Assembly: GCF_009914755.1 (NCBI RefSeq)
Contig: NC_060932.1
Reading direction: 5' to 3' (one strand)
Source: the human T2T-CHM13v2.0 reference genome, Homo sapiens
DNA length: 64,000 bases
Each line of letters opens with the position of its first letter. The stretch's first letter is position 1. Positions 27,996 through 44,636 of the stretch are shown here, one piece after another. Both the position numbers and the translations under genes were made by a program. The notes beneath the pieces are model-generated. The model did no database searches. It saw only the letters and a list, made by a program, of their open reading frames with translations, and had not been told where the DNA came from.

Positions 27996-29899
27996 CAGTT
28001 TCCTAAGGAAATTTCTGACAATTTTAGTTCTTATTTTGCCCTTTCTTGAACTTTAACTTTTAGGTGGAAAATAGGCCTTCATTGAACATACTAAATTGGA
28101 AGTTAGGAATAAAAGGATAGCCACTCCTGTTACTGAGAGGGCAGACTGCTGGAGCGGCTGTCAGCTGTTCAGAGCGGGCAGGTGGCTCCCCAGTCCCAGA
28201 GCCCCTGGACTGCCCGAGCCCTGTGCCCAGAAATCTTTCTCATTTTCCTCCTTCTATTTTCCTCTTTCTTCTCTGTTCTTCCTCAAAGTCCCGTATTTTC
28301 TTTTCCTTATACTCCACCAACTCTTTCTCTTTCTCCTCCTGGTGGTTTTATCCGATGGGGTCAGGTAGGAGAGAGGGAATGCTCCTGAGCTGACAACTGG
28401 GGAGAAGGTAATACAGTGGTGGGCAGAGTGTGGGCAAACACCGAGGACTGGTGTCATCCCCTGGAGCTAGGAACAAACACCCTAGGCCTGGAGGACAGGA
28501 GGAGGGAGGGTCACTGCAATCCAGAATGAGTTCTGCAGAGGAGCCCACGACACTGTCTCAACTCAACCGAAGGGGGCCATAGGCCAGCCCTGAGGGCACA
28601 AAGCTGGGGAGAGCACCTGGAGGGAAATGGAAGATTCCAGTCCCACAGGGAAGGGAAAGAGACACACATTCTACTGATTCATTTAACTTATTAAGATGCT
28701 AACTTCTCTGTTCTCTAATTTTTTAAATGGGTGAGCCGAGTCCAATCTGCAGAGGCACTTTTCTCTTTGGTAGAGAGAGAAGTGGGGGCAGCTGACGGAG
28801 GACGGAGGGGAACCTGGGAGGCCTAGGAGCGGTGGGAGATCCGGTTCAAACACCAGCACAGACCGGATGCAAGGCCAGGAATGGAGAGGCGACTCCCACC
28901 TGCCTGAGCTCCAGGATCCAGGGGGACAGACCCTGGGTACCAGGGGGAGCAGCAACAGGCCCCTCGCTCACAGGAAAGGCTGGGGGGTGCTGCAGGGCCT
29001 CTGCATGTCCACAGGTGGCCCCTGAGCCCGGAGGGCGCCGAGTGAGGGCTGAGGGGCCGAGGTATCCATCTGGGCTCTGATGGAATCTCCTAGGGCTCTG
29101 GGGTTCTGTCCAGTGCAGAGCCGAGGCAGCCTGGAAACTGTCCTCCTGCTCTCTAGCGCATCCTCAGGGTGAGCTCTCTGACTTCAGTGGGCTTGTCCCA
29201 CCTGCACCCACCACCTAAGGCCTCACCCCACCCGCCAGGAGCAGGAGCCTCCTGGAAAACAAATGCAGAGACCAGCTCCAGCACGTCGCTGTAGGTCCTT
29301 TGCCCTGCTTTCTTGCTGCTGAATGCAGAGGCTGGCACCGGCAAGTTGCTGCAGACCCTCTGCCCTGTTTCCTTGCTGCTCCGGGACAACCCTCCCCACC
29401 TCTTGTTACCTTGCCCACTTCCTGTGATCAGAGCCTGGCCTCCAGCTCCAGGGCTGGGCACTCTGGTGTCAGTCCATTGCCCCAGACCAGGCACCCCACG
29501 CCCCCCGACCTCTGCCTCAGTGCTGCCTGCACTGTCCACCTGGTCTTGGCTCCTGTACAGCCTCTTCGGGCAGCCCCAGCCTTTCCAGCTCCCACCTCCT
29601 GGCATAGCCCCCAAGAAACATCAGACCCAGGGGCCAGGCAGTTAAGAAGGGCTAGAGAGAGGGCACTGAGGCTTTCTGGGAGGTGTGGGAGTTTCCCACA
29701 GCAGCTTATCACGCCCCTACAGTGAAGCAACTCAGGTGTCATCTCACTGGATCCCACAGTTGCCATAGGAGGGATGTGTTGTTGCCTAGTTTACATAGTG
29801 AACCGGTTTCACAAATGAGTAAACTGAGCCCCAGAGAAGATGAATGCTTTTCTCATAGATTGCACTGCCAGTGAGTATGGGCAGGAGGGGTCTCTATAT

Positions 29900-30920
<1,021 letters not shown>

Positions 30921-31230
30921 TGCACCTGGCACGGTTGCTGTGTTTTAGCAATCCTCCTCCCCACCCAAGTTATCTGGATGTACCCGAGGTTTGAGAACCG
31001 CTGCTCTAGGCCTGGCATGGTTGCACCTCAGAAGGATCCCAGCTCAGTCTTCTCAGCCCAGGCTGGAAGGTGAATTTGATGCCCTTGAGGAATCCTAGAG
31101 TTTGGGAGGTTGAAGGCCGTTTTTTGGTTCCCAGGGGACCAGGTGGCCCACACCTGCTGGGTGTGAGACAGGAATGATGTGGACTCGGCCCGGGCCAGAT
31201 GAATCATGAGCTCCTCTCCGTTGTGTGAAC

Positions 31231-31377
31231 GGTCGGAAGCAAGAACATCTGTTCAATCGTTCTCACTTTCGTATTTTGTGCGGAGTAAGAGTTAAACTGC
31301 CAAATCCCGTCAGACAGCCGTCTGTTGCCCCGGTAACACCCTGCAGCTGCCGGAAAGAGAGAGATGGCGCTTCCGGG
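31231..31377. promoter_or_regulatory. RFX X-box + ETS + YY1 motif cluster (promoter/enhancer-like)
   Basis: GTTGCCCCGGTAAC 31324-31337; CCGGAA 31350; AGATGGCG 31362; TTCCGG 31371; TCGGAAG 31233; local CpG retention. Confidence 0.55.
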
Positions 31378-33204
31378 CACCAAGCCTTCATTCTCCCAAG
31401 TCTCAAGCGAGCTGTTTGGTGCCTTGGTTTTCTGTCTGGAAAGAGGGGAATCGGGAGCCCGTCCCACAGGCCCCCTGCGTGCCTTAGCAGCTCATGTACG
31501 ATGAGTATGTACCGAGAATGTTCTTGTGTTCCTCCTCCCTGCATTTATGCAGCAAAATGTTCTCTGCGCACGAGGTGCCATGCTAGGTGCAGCAGTCAGC
31601 AGCAAACCAGGCAGACAGCTGCCTCTAGGCTGTGTCTTGAGTGGGAAAGTCTGTGGGGCCCCCAGATCCCTGGGGGACCGTGGTGCTCGGAGGAGCCTTC
31701 CACCGTTGCTCCCGCATCTCTGTAGTGAGAGGATCGAGGGCACGTGCCCTGCTTGCATCCATGCCCGTAGGGCTGATGTGCTTGCCAGAGCTCAGATGAG
31801 CCGAACTGGGAAGGAAATGGGCTTTCTCAGAACTGGCAAGGAAGGACTTAAGAAGGACGTGTGTCCACAGGACCCAGGGGACCCGCCATCCATGAGGCCA
31901 GAGCTTGCTGGTGTTCAGGTTCTGGGGCCTTGGCAATATGGTTTCCTAAGCTGAGAGCCCAACAAGCAGGCTTGTGGTCCAGTCCAGTTGGTGGCCCTTG
32001 GCCTGTCCCTTTAAGAGAGAGGAAAGGGAAGGCGATGTAAAGAGGAGGGTTGGATCCCTAGTGGAGGAAGCCTGTAAACACACCTGCACGGGGATGTGGA
32101 TTCTGGGTTTAACAGGGCCCTGGAGCGCTGGCCGGGGAAACTAAGTCCGAATGCAGTTCTCACAGACGTGGGCTATGTCAGGGGAAAGGGCTTTAGAGGA
32201 TGCTGCAGGTTTAAGCCCAGGACTCATTCCGTGTGCAGTGAGAGCAGGTCTGGCAGCGCGAGTGGGCCCAGCTGCAGCTGCTGGGGAAATCAAGGGATGA
32301 GGGGCCCCTGCCCTGACCAGGTGACTCCAGGGTGGGCAGGCAAGATCCCGCGGGTGAGGTCATGTAACTCTGCCAGGAACGGCGGGGACAGGCAGGTGCT
32401 GATTGTTGGGAGGACCTCAGGGGGCAGCTTCATTTTTATTTTCAAGACCAGGATGTTGTCCAAATGCCCCATTAAGGTTGAGATGCCATTTTCGCTGACT
32501 GAAGTGACCCCAATATGCTCTGGGTGAATTGGGCTCCCCTTGGAGAATGATGTGTGTCATGGTTGTTTCAAGTGCTGAATGTGGGAAATCTGGGTTCCTG
32601 CCACTGAGGAACGTCACTTGTGAGTGGTTCGGAGCCTCCAGGTCTAAGCTCCAGCCCAAAGAAGGCTCCATGTCATCAGGACAGCCCCGAGGGGTTCAAC
32701 CTGCTCCATTTTGCAAAACTGAGCAAACAGGTGTCCTAGAAGGTGTCCTAGAAGCCCCAGGGAAGCGTGGGGGTATTGGGTTTTTAGAACCAACCATTCA
32801 TTTCTCCCACAACCACAGTCCAATCAAGGTCTTCCCCCAGGATACAGGAGAAGCTCAGGCAGCCCCTGCCCTGGGGAGGTAGGTCAGGGGAGTAAATGCA
32901 AGACAGGACCCCAGGAGAAGATTCTCAGAGCTGAACAGCCCATTTGAGGCACAAGATCTTGAGTGGTAGGTACTCTGTGTTGGTGGCCCAGGGCTGAGAG
33001 GCTGATGTGCAGTCCCTGCCACCACCCTCTGCGGTAGGGATTATGTTGCCCATTTTATAGACTTAGAAATGAAGGCTCAGGGCAGTGAATTAACTTGCCT
33101 AGTGGCACTCAGCTGTGAGCTGGGATTTGAATCCAGGACTGACCCCAGTTCATGCAGTGTTCACATCATTCATTCGTTCAGCAACTACTTAGGAAGGGCC
33201 TTCT

Positions 33205-33490
33205 TGTCTGGGTACCTGGAATCTCAGCACTTTGGGAGGCTGAGGTGGGAGGATTGCTTGAATCCAGGGGTTCAAGACCAGCCTGAGAAGCATAGGAAGA
33301 GCCTGTCTCTACAAAACAATTAAAATTAGCCAGGCATGATGGCATTTACCTGTGGTCCCAGCTACAGGTTGGGAGGCTGAGGTGGGAGGATTGCTTGAGC
33401 CTGGGAGGTCGAGGATGCAGTGCTCCATGACCATACCGTGGCACTCCAGCCTGGGTGACAGAGTGAGACTCGATCTCAAAAAAAAAAAAG
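33205..33490 (+). mobile_element. Alu (AluJ-like)
   Basis: ggaggattgcttga in both arms; TSD ggaaggg(c/t)cttctt. Confidence 0.92.
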
Positions 33491-34088
33491 GAAGGGTCTT
33501 CTTTGTGTCAGGCCCTGTTCGAGGCACTGTGGATTCACTCTGAGCAAAAATTCCTGCCCGGATTGTCTGGTCATCCCAGTGACAGCAGGAAGACTGGAGG
33601 CAGGTATCGAAGCAAAGCCGTGTCTAGGGATATCCATGGAAATGGCTATGGAAAAAAGTACAGCAGATAAGGGGAGGTGGAACATTTGGAGCAGGGCTGC
33701 TCTTTTAAACAGGGTGGTCGAGAAAGGCCTCGCTGACACACTGACGTTTGAACAGAGGGGATTGCCAGTGCCAAGGCCCTGAGGCAGAGCCAGTCAGAGC
33801 CGACAGCTGCCGGTGTGGCTGCAGCCACATGAGCAGGAGTTTGTGGTGGAGAAGGCCAGCGGGGAAGTGGGGCCTGTGTCAAGACTGTGGCTTGGACTCT
33901 GAACTGGCTGCCCCTGGAAGCGCCGAGAGAGGAGAAGCGGGATGTGCTTGGTCTGGCGCTGTTGGGCGTTCAGTCTGCTGACTGCAGGGGTGCCGGGCAG
34001 GAGCCAGGGAACCAGAAATGATCGAAGGACAGGCTCAAAAGATAGTCACTATTTAGAGATTCAAAAAGGGGCCACAACTGGGATCCTA

Positions 34089-34601
<513 letters not shown>

Positions 34602-35639
34602 TCAAGTCCTACCTCTCAGAGCACCAGGGGACCTCCCTCTTGGGGTTCACTGCAGCCTGACTCCCAGCCCAGCATGGCAAATGGGGACTACAAGTCAGGG
34701 GCTTCAGAAATGTGGCACGATGGTGTCCCCCAAAGCTGGTTAGGGAACAGAGTTGTACTATGTGACTTGATAGCACCTCTATTGTATGATAATATTATGT
34801 TTTGGGGTTTTAGGGGAAGCATTTAAACCTACTTATGGTTTGCATTTTCTTACTTCTTTAAAAAGATTGAAAATAAGTCCCCTGTGTGCTTCTAGGAGGG
34901 GCCATTTCCTCCCACTCTGTCGCCCCCGCGGAAAGTCATGATTAGGCCAAGACACTTTTCATTGTACTTCAAAGAATAATGCACAGTAAGATCAGCATTT
35001 TAAGTGGAGAAGGTGCTTTCATGCCCTTCCCCCAAATAAAAGGGATAGCTTTTACTCTCAGAAAGGTGGTGTATAATAGCTATGCGTTTGTGTTGGATGA
35101 ATACTAAATGCCCCACGTTATTGTCAATGAAACAATGATTCTTGGGCCTCTCAGGTGGTGGAAGGACCAGCCACTCTCACCGGGCTCCCTTCCTCCTGGC
35201 AACGTTCCCCTCGGAAGGCAGGTTCACTCCTGCCTGGCATAAGAACTGGACAACTGTGGGCAAATGAAGCGATGGAGGCTGCATGTTAAAAAGCTAAAAG
35301 GAGCAAACCAGAGTTCAGAATCTCATTTTTCCAGCTCCCTGGGCTGCAGTTGCCTGCCTCTCAGACCGTGCACAGTGTTGCCAGGAAGCTGGAGGTGTGC
35401 TGGGTCTGTGTTTGCCACCCATGTGGGTGGGACCACATGAAGGAGGTTCTGCCCAAAAAGATAGTCCTGAATTTCTCTTTGGGTTTCTTCATGTACTCAT
35501 CAAGTGTGGACTGTGTGTTCACTCTGAGCCAAGGCTGGGCCTGGGTTCTGGCTTTCAGTGATTCCACCCCGACTCCTATTTCCCCAGCCGCCCCTAGCCA
35601 GCCTCTGAGGATGCCAGGCCCAAGCTCTGCCCAAAAGGC

Positions 35640-36260
35640 ATTCTGCAGCGTTGTCAGTGTCTCTGGACTCACAGCTCCCACTGTCACTCAAGCCGCCACC
35701 TCCTCTTGCCTGGAATGATGCCAGTCAGCAACTGGCTGCCACATGGCCTCCAGCGTCCCGGCTGGTGGGCACACTAGAGCCGGAGGGATCTTCTTAATTG
35801 GTAAATTGGATCTTGCAGCTTCACTGTTTAAATCTTTTCAGTGGCTTCCCTTTGTACTTAGAAAAAAATGCAACTTCTTCTGCTGGGACTCATCCGCTCA
35901 CAGCCTTCCCCTCCACCCTCTCTCTGCCTCATGCTCTGCCCCTGCCTGCCATGCCTCCGATACTCACCTTTTGTACCCCAGCACCCGTGCCCTCTGCCCC
36001 TCGATCTTTGCCTGGCTGGTTGCTCCTCACTCAGTGTTCAGGACAAATGCTCCTGGCCCTACCCCATCTAGCCAGTCTAGCCCGGTCTTCCCTGTCTTCC
36101 CTGTTTCATTCATGGCTCTTATTGTTTGTTTACTTGTGTGCTGTTGACTTTTAACTCTCTCAGTCCCCACTGGAATGCAAGCGATCTCCCAAGCTCCTAG
36201 AATTGTTCCTGCCTCTTCACAGGCCCTTACGCTGTGTGTGCTGCAGGAGTGAAAGGGTGA
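35640..36260 (+). mobile_element. LINE-2 fragment (contains the spurious 134-aa ORF at 35743)
   Basis: caagccgccacctcctcttgcctgga...tcactgtttaaatcttttcagtggcttccc...ccccactggaatgcaagc. Confidence 0.7.
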
Positions 36261-36747
36261 TTAGATGAGGGAGTGAGAGGGAATGATACCTCCTGCCTTG
36301 GGAATGTGAGGCGCTGGCCTTGGTCTCAGACCTAAGGTTCTGATTCTCAGATTCTCCGTGACCCTGGACAAATCCTTTGTCCCAAAGCCTCAGTTTCCTT
36401 ATCTGTAAATTGAGAATGATGCCCCTGTGGCTGGGCTGTGTTGAGGATCAAATAAGATAACTATGCAGAAGTGGCAGACAGCTGACCTAGAGTGGAAATT
36501 CGATGAGTTTTCATTTCTTCCTTTCTTGTGGAGGCGTGTGAATATTCCCTGATCAAAGGAAAGGCTTCCGTCTCTCTTACTTTAATCATTTTCCTCCCCC
36601 GGCCTTCAGAGTAAGCATGCATCTTGACCAGGAGACTGGGGCAGTCATCTGCCAGGGTAACGCTATGACCGTGCCTGATATTTATGGGTTAACGGGCTTG
36701 AGAGTTCCCTTGACATCCTGAAGTAGACTGTACCTCTGCTGTTCCTG

Positions 36748-36880
36748 ACCCACCTGCTATACCTGCACCCACCTGCTATACCTGCACCTACCTGCTATAC
36801 CTGTACCCACCTGCTATACCTGCACCCACCTGCTGTACCTGCACCTGCCTGCTATACCTGCACTCACCTGCTGTGTCTGA
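36748..36880. repeat. 19-bp minisatellite x7 (ACCCACCTGCTATACCTGC)
   Basis: direct reading; units start at 36748, 36767, 36786, 36805, 36824, 36843 and 36862. Confidence 0.95.
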
Positions 36881-36964
36881 ACTAACTGCCTAGGAAAAGA
36901 CCTTTTTATGTTTTCCTGATTGGAAGAGATCTTTAATGGGGCAGTTTGAAGACTGAGTCATGGA

Positions 36965-37131
36965 CAGGGCCAGGATTAGGGTGAGACACACAAGGTGCCA
37001 GGTGCAAATTTTAAGGAGGCCCCCCCCTGACCTTCAGGCTTTTGTAATCCCAGGAGCAAACCCTGAGTGTGAGTGCTGCCTTAAATCCTGCACTCTGGGC
37101 ATTTCATTGCCTCACCGTAGTTCCAGCCCTG
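36965..37131. mobile_element. hAT-Tip100 MITE (MER96-like)
   Basis: terminal inverted repeats cagggccaggattagggtgag / ctcaccgtagttccagccctg; related half copy at ~40098-40160. Confidence 0.6.
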
Positions 37132-37281
37132 GTCACAGAAACTCATGTTTGGAAGGAGAACCACTTCCCACCCATCCTCAGACTCCTCCCAGAGGGTTCC
37201 TGCCATTGGAACACCAGAGGAAAGGGCGCAAGGTGGTGTCTGTTCTCAGAGGATTGTTCCTCTGTCTTTTCCAATACTGGA

Positions 37282-37651
37282 TGCTCTGGACAGAATGTTT
37301 GTGTCCTGTGAAATTCATATATTGAAGGGTAACCCACAGTGGGATGGTATTAGGCGGGGCCTTTGGGAAATCAAGGGTTTACATGAGGTCATGAAGGTGG
37401 GGCCTCAGCAACGGATTAGTGTCCATATAAGAAGACGAGGAGACACCAGCAAGCTTGTTCCCTCTCTCCACCACGTGAGGACACAGCAAGAAGGTGGCTG
37501 TCTGCAAGTAGGAAGAGAGCCCTCACCAGGAACCAAATCCACTGGCACCTTCATCTCAGACTTCCCAGACTCCAGAATTGTGAGAAATAAATATCCAGTG
37601 TTTAAGCCACCCAGGGGTATTTTGTTATAGCAACCAGAGCTGATTAAGATA
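37282..37651 (+). mobile_element. MLT1A-like solo LTR (ERVL-MaLR)
   Basis: tgctctggacagaatgtttgtgtcc...ccagaattgtgagaaataaa...tttgttatagcaaccagagctgattaagata; near-TSD ctgga/ctggc. Confidence 0.85.
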
Positions 37652-39785
37652 CTGGCCAAAACCAGTCTCCCTATAACATCTACCCATTTCTCCTATGCCC
37701 AGAGGTGGTCTCTGTGACCACCTGTGGGTCACAGAGAACCAGTGTCCCTTTCTACATGGCAAGCCGAGGGGACCGAGTTCCTCTCCCACTCCTGTGGTCT
37801 CCAGGCCAGGCCTCACCATAGAGTGGGGAGGGAGGGACACTGGAGAGATCCGGTGACCAGGAGAAGTTGTTCAGTGAAAGCCGCGTGAACTGTCATTATC
37901 TGTGCATGAGCTCAGTCCAGGGACCCCCAAAGCGAGCCAACACCCAAAGTGACCCAGGAGAGGTGGTCGCAACTCAGAGTGTCAGCGTCACACTCTGGTT
38001 ACAGAAGCCCTGCAGGGTTTCCCCCGGTCTGTGGGCAGATTAAGCCATGTTCTCAGGCTTGATGCCTTCCTGTTGAAATGCAGCTGTAGCTTTTGCACAA
38101 AAGGTGAGACCCGCTGTCACCATAAAGCATCCAGGCCTTGCTGCTGCTCCCTCAGAGCTGGATAATGACTGTGATGACAATAATAGTTCCTAAGGCTTCT
38201 GTTCTGTTTCCTCTCTGCAGAAGTTCTGGAAGCTAAGTTGTACTTTCTCATCCAGTGATGAGCCCATCGTTTCTCTGTAGGACAGAGAAGGAGGAGTGAG
38301 TTGCTCCATTTTACAGTTGAGAAACTGCAGGCAAAAATGGCCACTGCCTCCATCAGCGGGCGGCCCAGGCTGAGTCCAGGCTCCTGCCTGTGTCTTCCTC
38401 TGTAAAAGGGGAATATTGGCTCCCATGGTGATCACACCCATTTCTACCCTGTCTTTTCTGACTTCTTTCCCTCATGGGTGCTGGCATGCCATGTCTCGGG
38501 TGATGAAAGCCTCCCAAACCACTAGCCTTGCCAGTGATATCCAGCTCTCAGGATGACCCCTGCCCTGAGTAGCTGGATGTGGGCCCTCCTGGGAGAATGG
38601 CAGCACCAACTGGGCAGCCCATTGTCACTATTGATTTCACCAAATGAAGCACAGTGAAAACGAAGATGAACATTCTAATCCCATAATCGCATTAGTGCCG
38701 GCTCTAAAGACTCACATGCTCCCCAAGCCCCAGCACTCAGGCCTCTGTTTCCCAGGCTCTTCACAGATGGCACACAGAGAACGTTCCTTCTCCAGATGAC
38801 TTGGCTTGGTTGCCATCCAAACGGGAACTTGCATCTCATGGAAGGGCTGGCAGAGTCCATTTGAAGACTATTTTGAGATTCAGGGATTAGGTAAACAGCA
38901 ATGAGAACTGTTCAAATTTTCCAGTCTGACACAAGTGAGGGAAACTGAGGCCCAGAGAGGGCAAGTGACTTACTCAAGATCACACAACACTAAAGTAGGC
39001 CAAGCCACTTTCCAGATCACGTGGGTTTCTTTTTCCTTTCAGTTCAGTAGATTTAGAAAGTACCAAAGTTTAATTACAAATCTAACTATAGTACACCAAG
39101 TTTTTTTTTTTAACACTTTGATTCAGTTTTTAAAAAATCACATTGGGGATCATTTTTAGATTCGATATTGTTGTTGGATCCTAACTTGGTTTAGTTCAAG
39201 TTTCTGGACCCAAACCAACATGATCTGTGTGGATTTCCCCACTCCCCAGTTTCGCTTGTTCTGAGGAGGGATGGAGAGGCCTATCCTGGGATGAGGAGAG
39301 GTCCCCCATTGGTGAGCCCCATTCCTCACTCCTGGATGGCCAGGAGGGATGGGGCCATGCTGCCCAGAGTGAGACTGGGCATCAGCGGCTCTTGGCAGGC
39401 GGAAGCTCCATCTGCCCTGCAGTCTCCTCTCATTTTCCTTCCTGTTGGTGACTGCGCCATCAGCATCCCAGGGTCTGCCTATCTGTCTCCTGGGAGCCTG
39501 CAAGACATTGATGTATCATCCCCAGTCACTGCATCTTGTCATTGCTGAGGGAGCAGGTGGGGAGAGGGGCACACCATGGGCCACAAGAGGCTCCCTGAGC
39601 TCTGTGGACCCCAGGGAGTAGAAGGGCCTGAAGGAAGGGAATGGGGTGTTCCAATGGTGACACGCCTGGAGTAGACTGTACTTGCATCCACCTGCTGTGC
39701 CTGAATCCGTTGCCTAGGAAAAGGCCTTTCTGTGCTTTCCTGATTGGAACACAGCTTGGATGGGGCAGGTTGAAGACTGAGTTAT

Positions 39786-40083
<298 letters not shown>

Positions 40084-41557
40084 TACTGAGTTATGGACAA
40101 GGCCAGGACTAGGGTAAGAAAAGCAAGGTGCCAGGGTACACATTTTAAGGAAGCTCTCACCTTTAGGGTTTTGAAGCCCAGAAGAGGAGAGAGGTCTTAC
40201 CTGTATCTGAGAAGCTGAAGACAGATTAATCCCAGTTTCTAGTTCAATCCCCTTCTGTCCTCACTGGCCACAGCAGAGGTGCAAAGGGGCAGCCGGTCAC
40301 TGTGCTGTGATTATTGGCTCCAGCCCTTTGAAACCATTGGCACGATGCTTCCCTTTGACATCCGCTGTTCTCCTAAAGGCAATGATGATGCTGGCACTCT
40401 CGGAAAGCCCCACGAGGGCTGTAGACTCCTGACTCCTGGATTTGGCCCTGAGCTGTCTTTCCAGTGGTATCTGAGTGCCATGCTTAGCGCTGTCCTCTCT
40501 GTCGATAATTGGCTGAGCTCCCAAGTTGAGGCCTGGGCCCTTCATCCTCTCCAGCCTCAGGGAAACTCTTGGCCTTCTTGGGGAACCTCTCTAAGGGGTA
40601 GGTGCAGTGCCTGCTTTGTATGGGGTGTTGGGCAGATCCTGAAGATGGGTCTCCAGGGCCCAGGGATAGACGCCTGGCAAGCCACTAGTGTCCACCCCCA
40701 CCATCCATCCCGGGGCGCCTTTCAGATGGGCAGAAAGTAAAGGAAATGAAATGACCGTGATGACAACCGGAGTGAGGGAGGCCACAGAGGAAGGCTCCGC
40801 AAATTCACTTTTGAAGATCAGCCCTAGAAAACTGTAAGAGGAAGAGAGGGTCCCAGCTCCTTTCTGCCTACTTCCTCCTGGCAGCACTGGCCCCCAGGAG
40901 AGGACCTGTGAAGGGGAGCAGCAAGGTGGCAGGAGAAACGAAGGCTAGGGAGCCAGGAGCACTGGGCAGGCACATCCCTCTCAGGGCTCAGCCTTCTTCC
41001 TTTGTAAAGGGAAGACCTGGGTTCCTGCCCATTCTTCTCCATCTTTCTGTTGTCTTGCCCTCACCCTCTCACCGAGCAGCCACTCAGGGCCCTGAAGCCC
41101 AGGGCAACAAGGAATCGCCCCATGGCCACAGCTTCCCTCTCAGCATTTTGTCAAGGCAACATGACATTGAAATAAATACCCAGGGCTGCATGGGAAAAGG
41201 AAGTGTCCAGTGTGGGCCTGGATCTCATCCTACCTCTGTTACAGTGAGCCTCAGACAAGTTTCTCTACACACCAACTTCTTCTCTAGAAAGGGGAGACTC
41301 AGGCTAGCTCATTCCCATGTTTCTGGCATCTCTGTGGGTGTCTGGCAGGGGAAACAGAACCACATAGCTTGGGTTCACCTCCCAGCTCTGCTGTCTACTA
41401 CTTGTGTGACCTTAGGCAAACTACTTGCCTCAGTTTCTTCATCTGTAAAATGGGACTATGAAGAATAATGTTACATGAGTTAATACATACGACCCACTTA
41501 GACCCATATCTGACTTAGAGTCCTCACTGCAGAAATGTTACCTTGAAAAGGCAGAGA

Positions 41558-43365
<1,808 letters not shown>

Positions 43366-43492
43366 AATAAATACAGCTATTATCTAGATTCTTCCCACAC
43401 TTGTAAAATAAGATGAATAGTGCCAGATCCACTGAATTGTTGCAGATTCAAATATAATAATGTAGGGCTGGGCAACATGGCAAGACCCCGTC

Positions 43493-44405
43493 TGTGTTAG
43501 GTCATTCTTGCATTGCTATGATGAAATACCTGAGACTAGGTAATTTATTAAGAAAAGAGATTTAATTGGCTCACAGTTCTACAGGCTGTACAGGAGGCAT
43601 AACATGGGCATTTGCTTCTAGGGAGGCCTCAGAAGCTTACAGTCATGGTGGAAGGCCAAGGGGGAGCAGGCATCTCAGATGGTGGGAGCAGGAGCAAGAG
43701 AAAGAAGGTGCCACACACTTTTAAACAACCAGATCTCCAGAGAATTCACTCACTCTCTCGAGGAGAGCACCAAGGAAGATGGTGCTAAACCAGCAATCCC
43801 CAACCTTTTTGGCACCAGGGACCAGTTTCATGGAAGATAATTTTTCCACAGACTAGGAGGGAGGATGGTTTCAGGATGAGTATTACATTGATTGTACACT
43901 TTATTTCTACTATTATTACATTGTAATGTATAATGAAATAGTCATACAACTCACCACAGTGCAGAATCAGTGGGAGCCCTGGGCTTGTTTTCCTACAACT
44001 AGATGGTCCCATCTGGAGGTGATGGAGACAGTGACAGATCATCATGCATTAGATTCTCATAAGGAGCGCGCAGCCTAGATCCCTCGCAGGCACAGTTCAC
44101 AACAGGGTTCACACTCCTGTGGGAATCTAATGCCGCCACTGATCTGGCAGGAGGCAGAGCTCAGGTGGTAATGCTTCCTCGCCTGCCACTCACCTCCTGC
44201 TGTGCAGCTGGGTTCCTAACAGGCCACAGACCAGTACCTGTCCATGGCCCGGGGGTTGGGAGCCCTGTGCTAAGAGGAGGCTCAGGTTCATTCATGAAGG
44301 ATCCGCCCCCAAGATCCAAACACCTCCCACCAGGCCCCACCTCCAGCACTGGGGACTACATTTCAACATGAGATTTGGGCAAGGATACACATTCAAACTG
44401 TATAA
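43493..44405 (-). mobile_element. MSTA/MSTB-like solo LTR containing MER1A
   Basis: tgtgttaggtcattcttgcattgct...cattcaaactgtataa; perfect 5-bp TSD ccgtc; ~428 bp after removing MER1A. Confidence 0.9.
43791..44267. mobile_element. MER1A (hAT-Charlie MITE)
   Basis: TIRs cagcaatccccaacc / ggttgggagccctg; 8-bp TSD tgctaaac/tgctaaga. Confidence 0.88.
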
Positions 44406-44414
44406 CCGTCTCTA

Positions 44415-44636
<222 letters not shown>

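Noticed and set aside
35743-36147. 134-aa ATG-initiated ORF with a hydrophobic C-terminus
   Set aside because: Lies within a LINE-2 remnant and has no recognisable domain; likely a chance ORF
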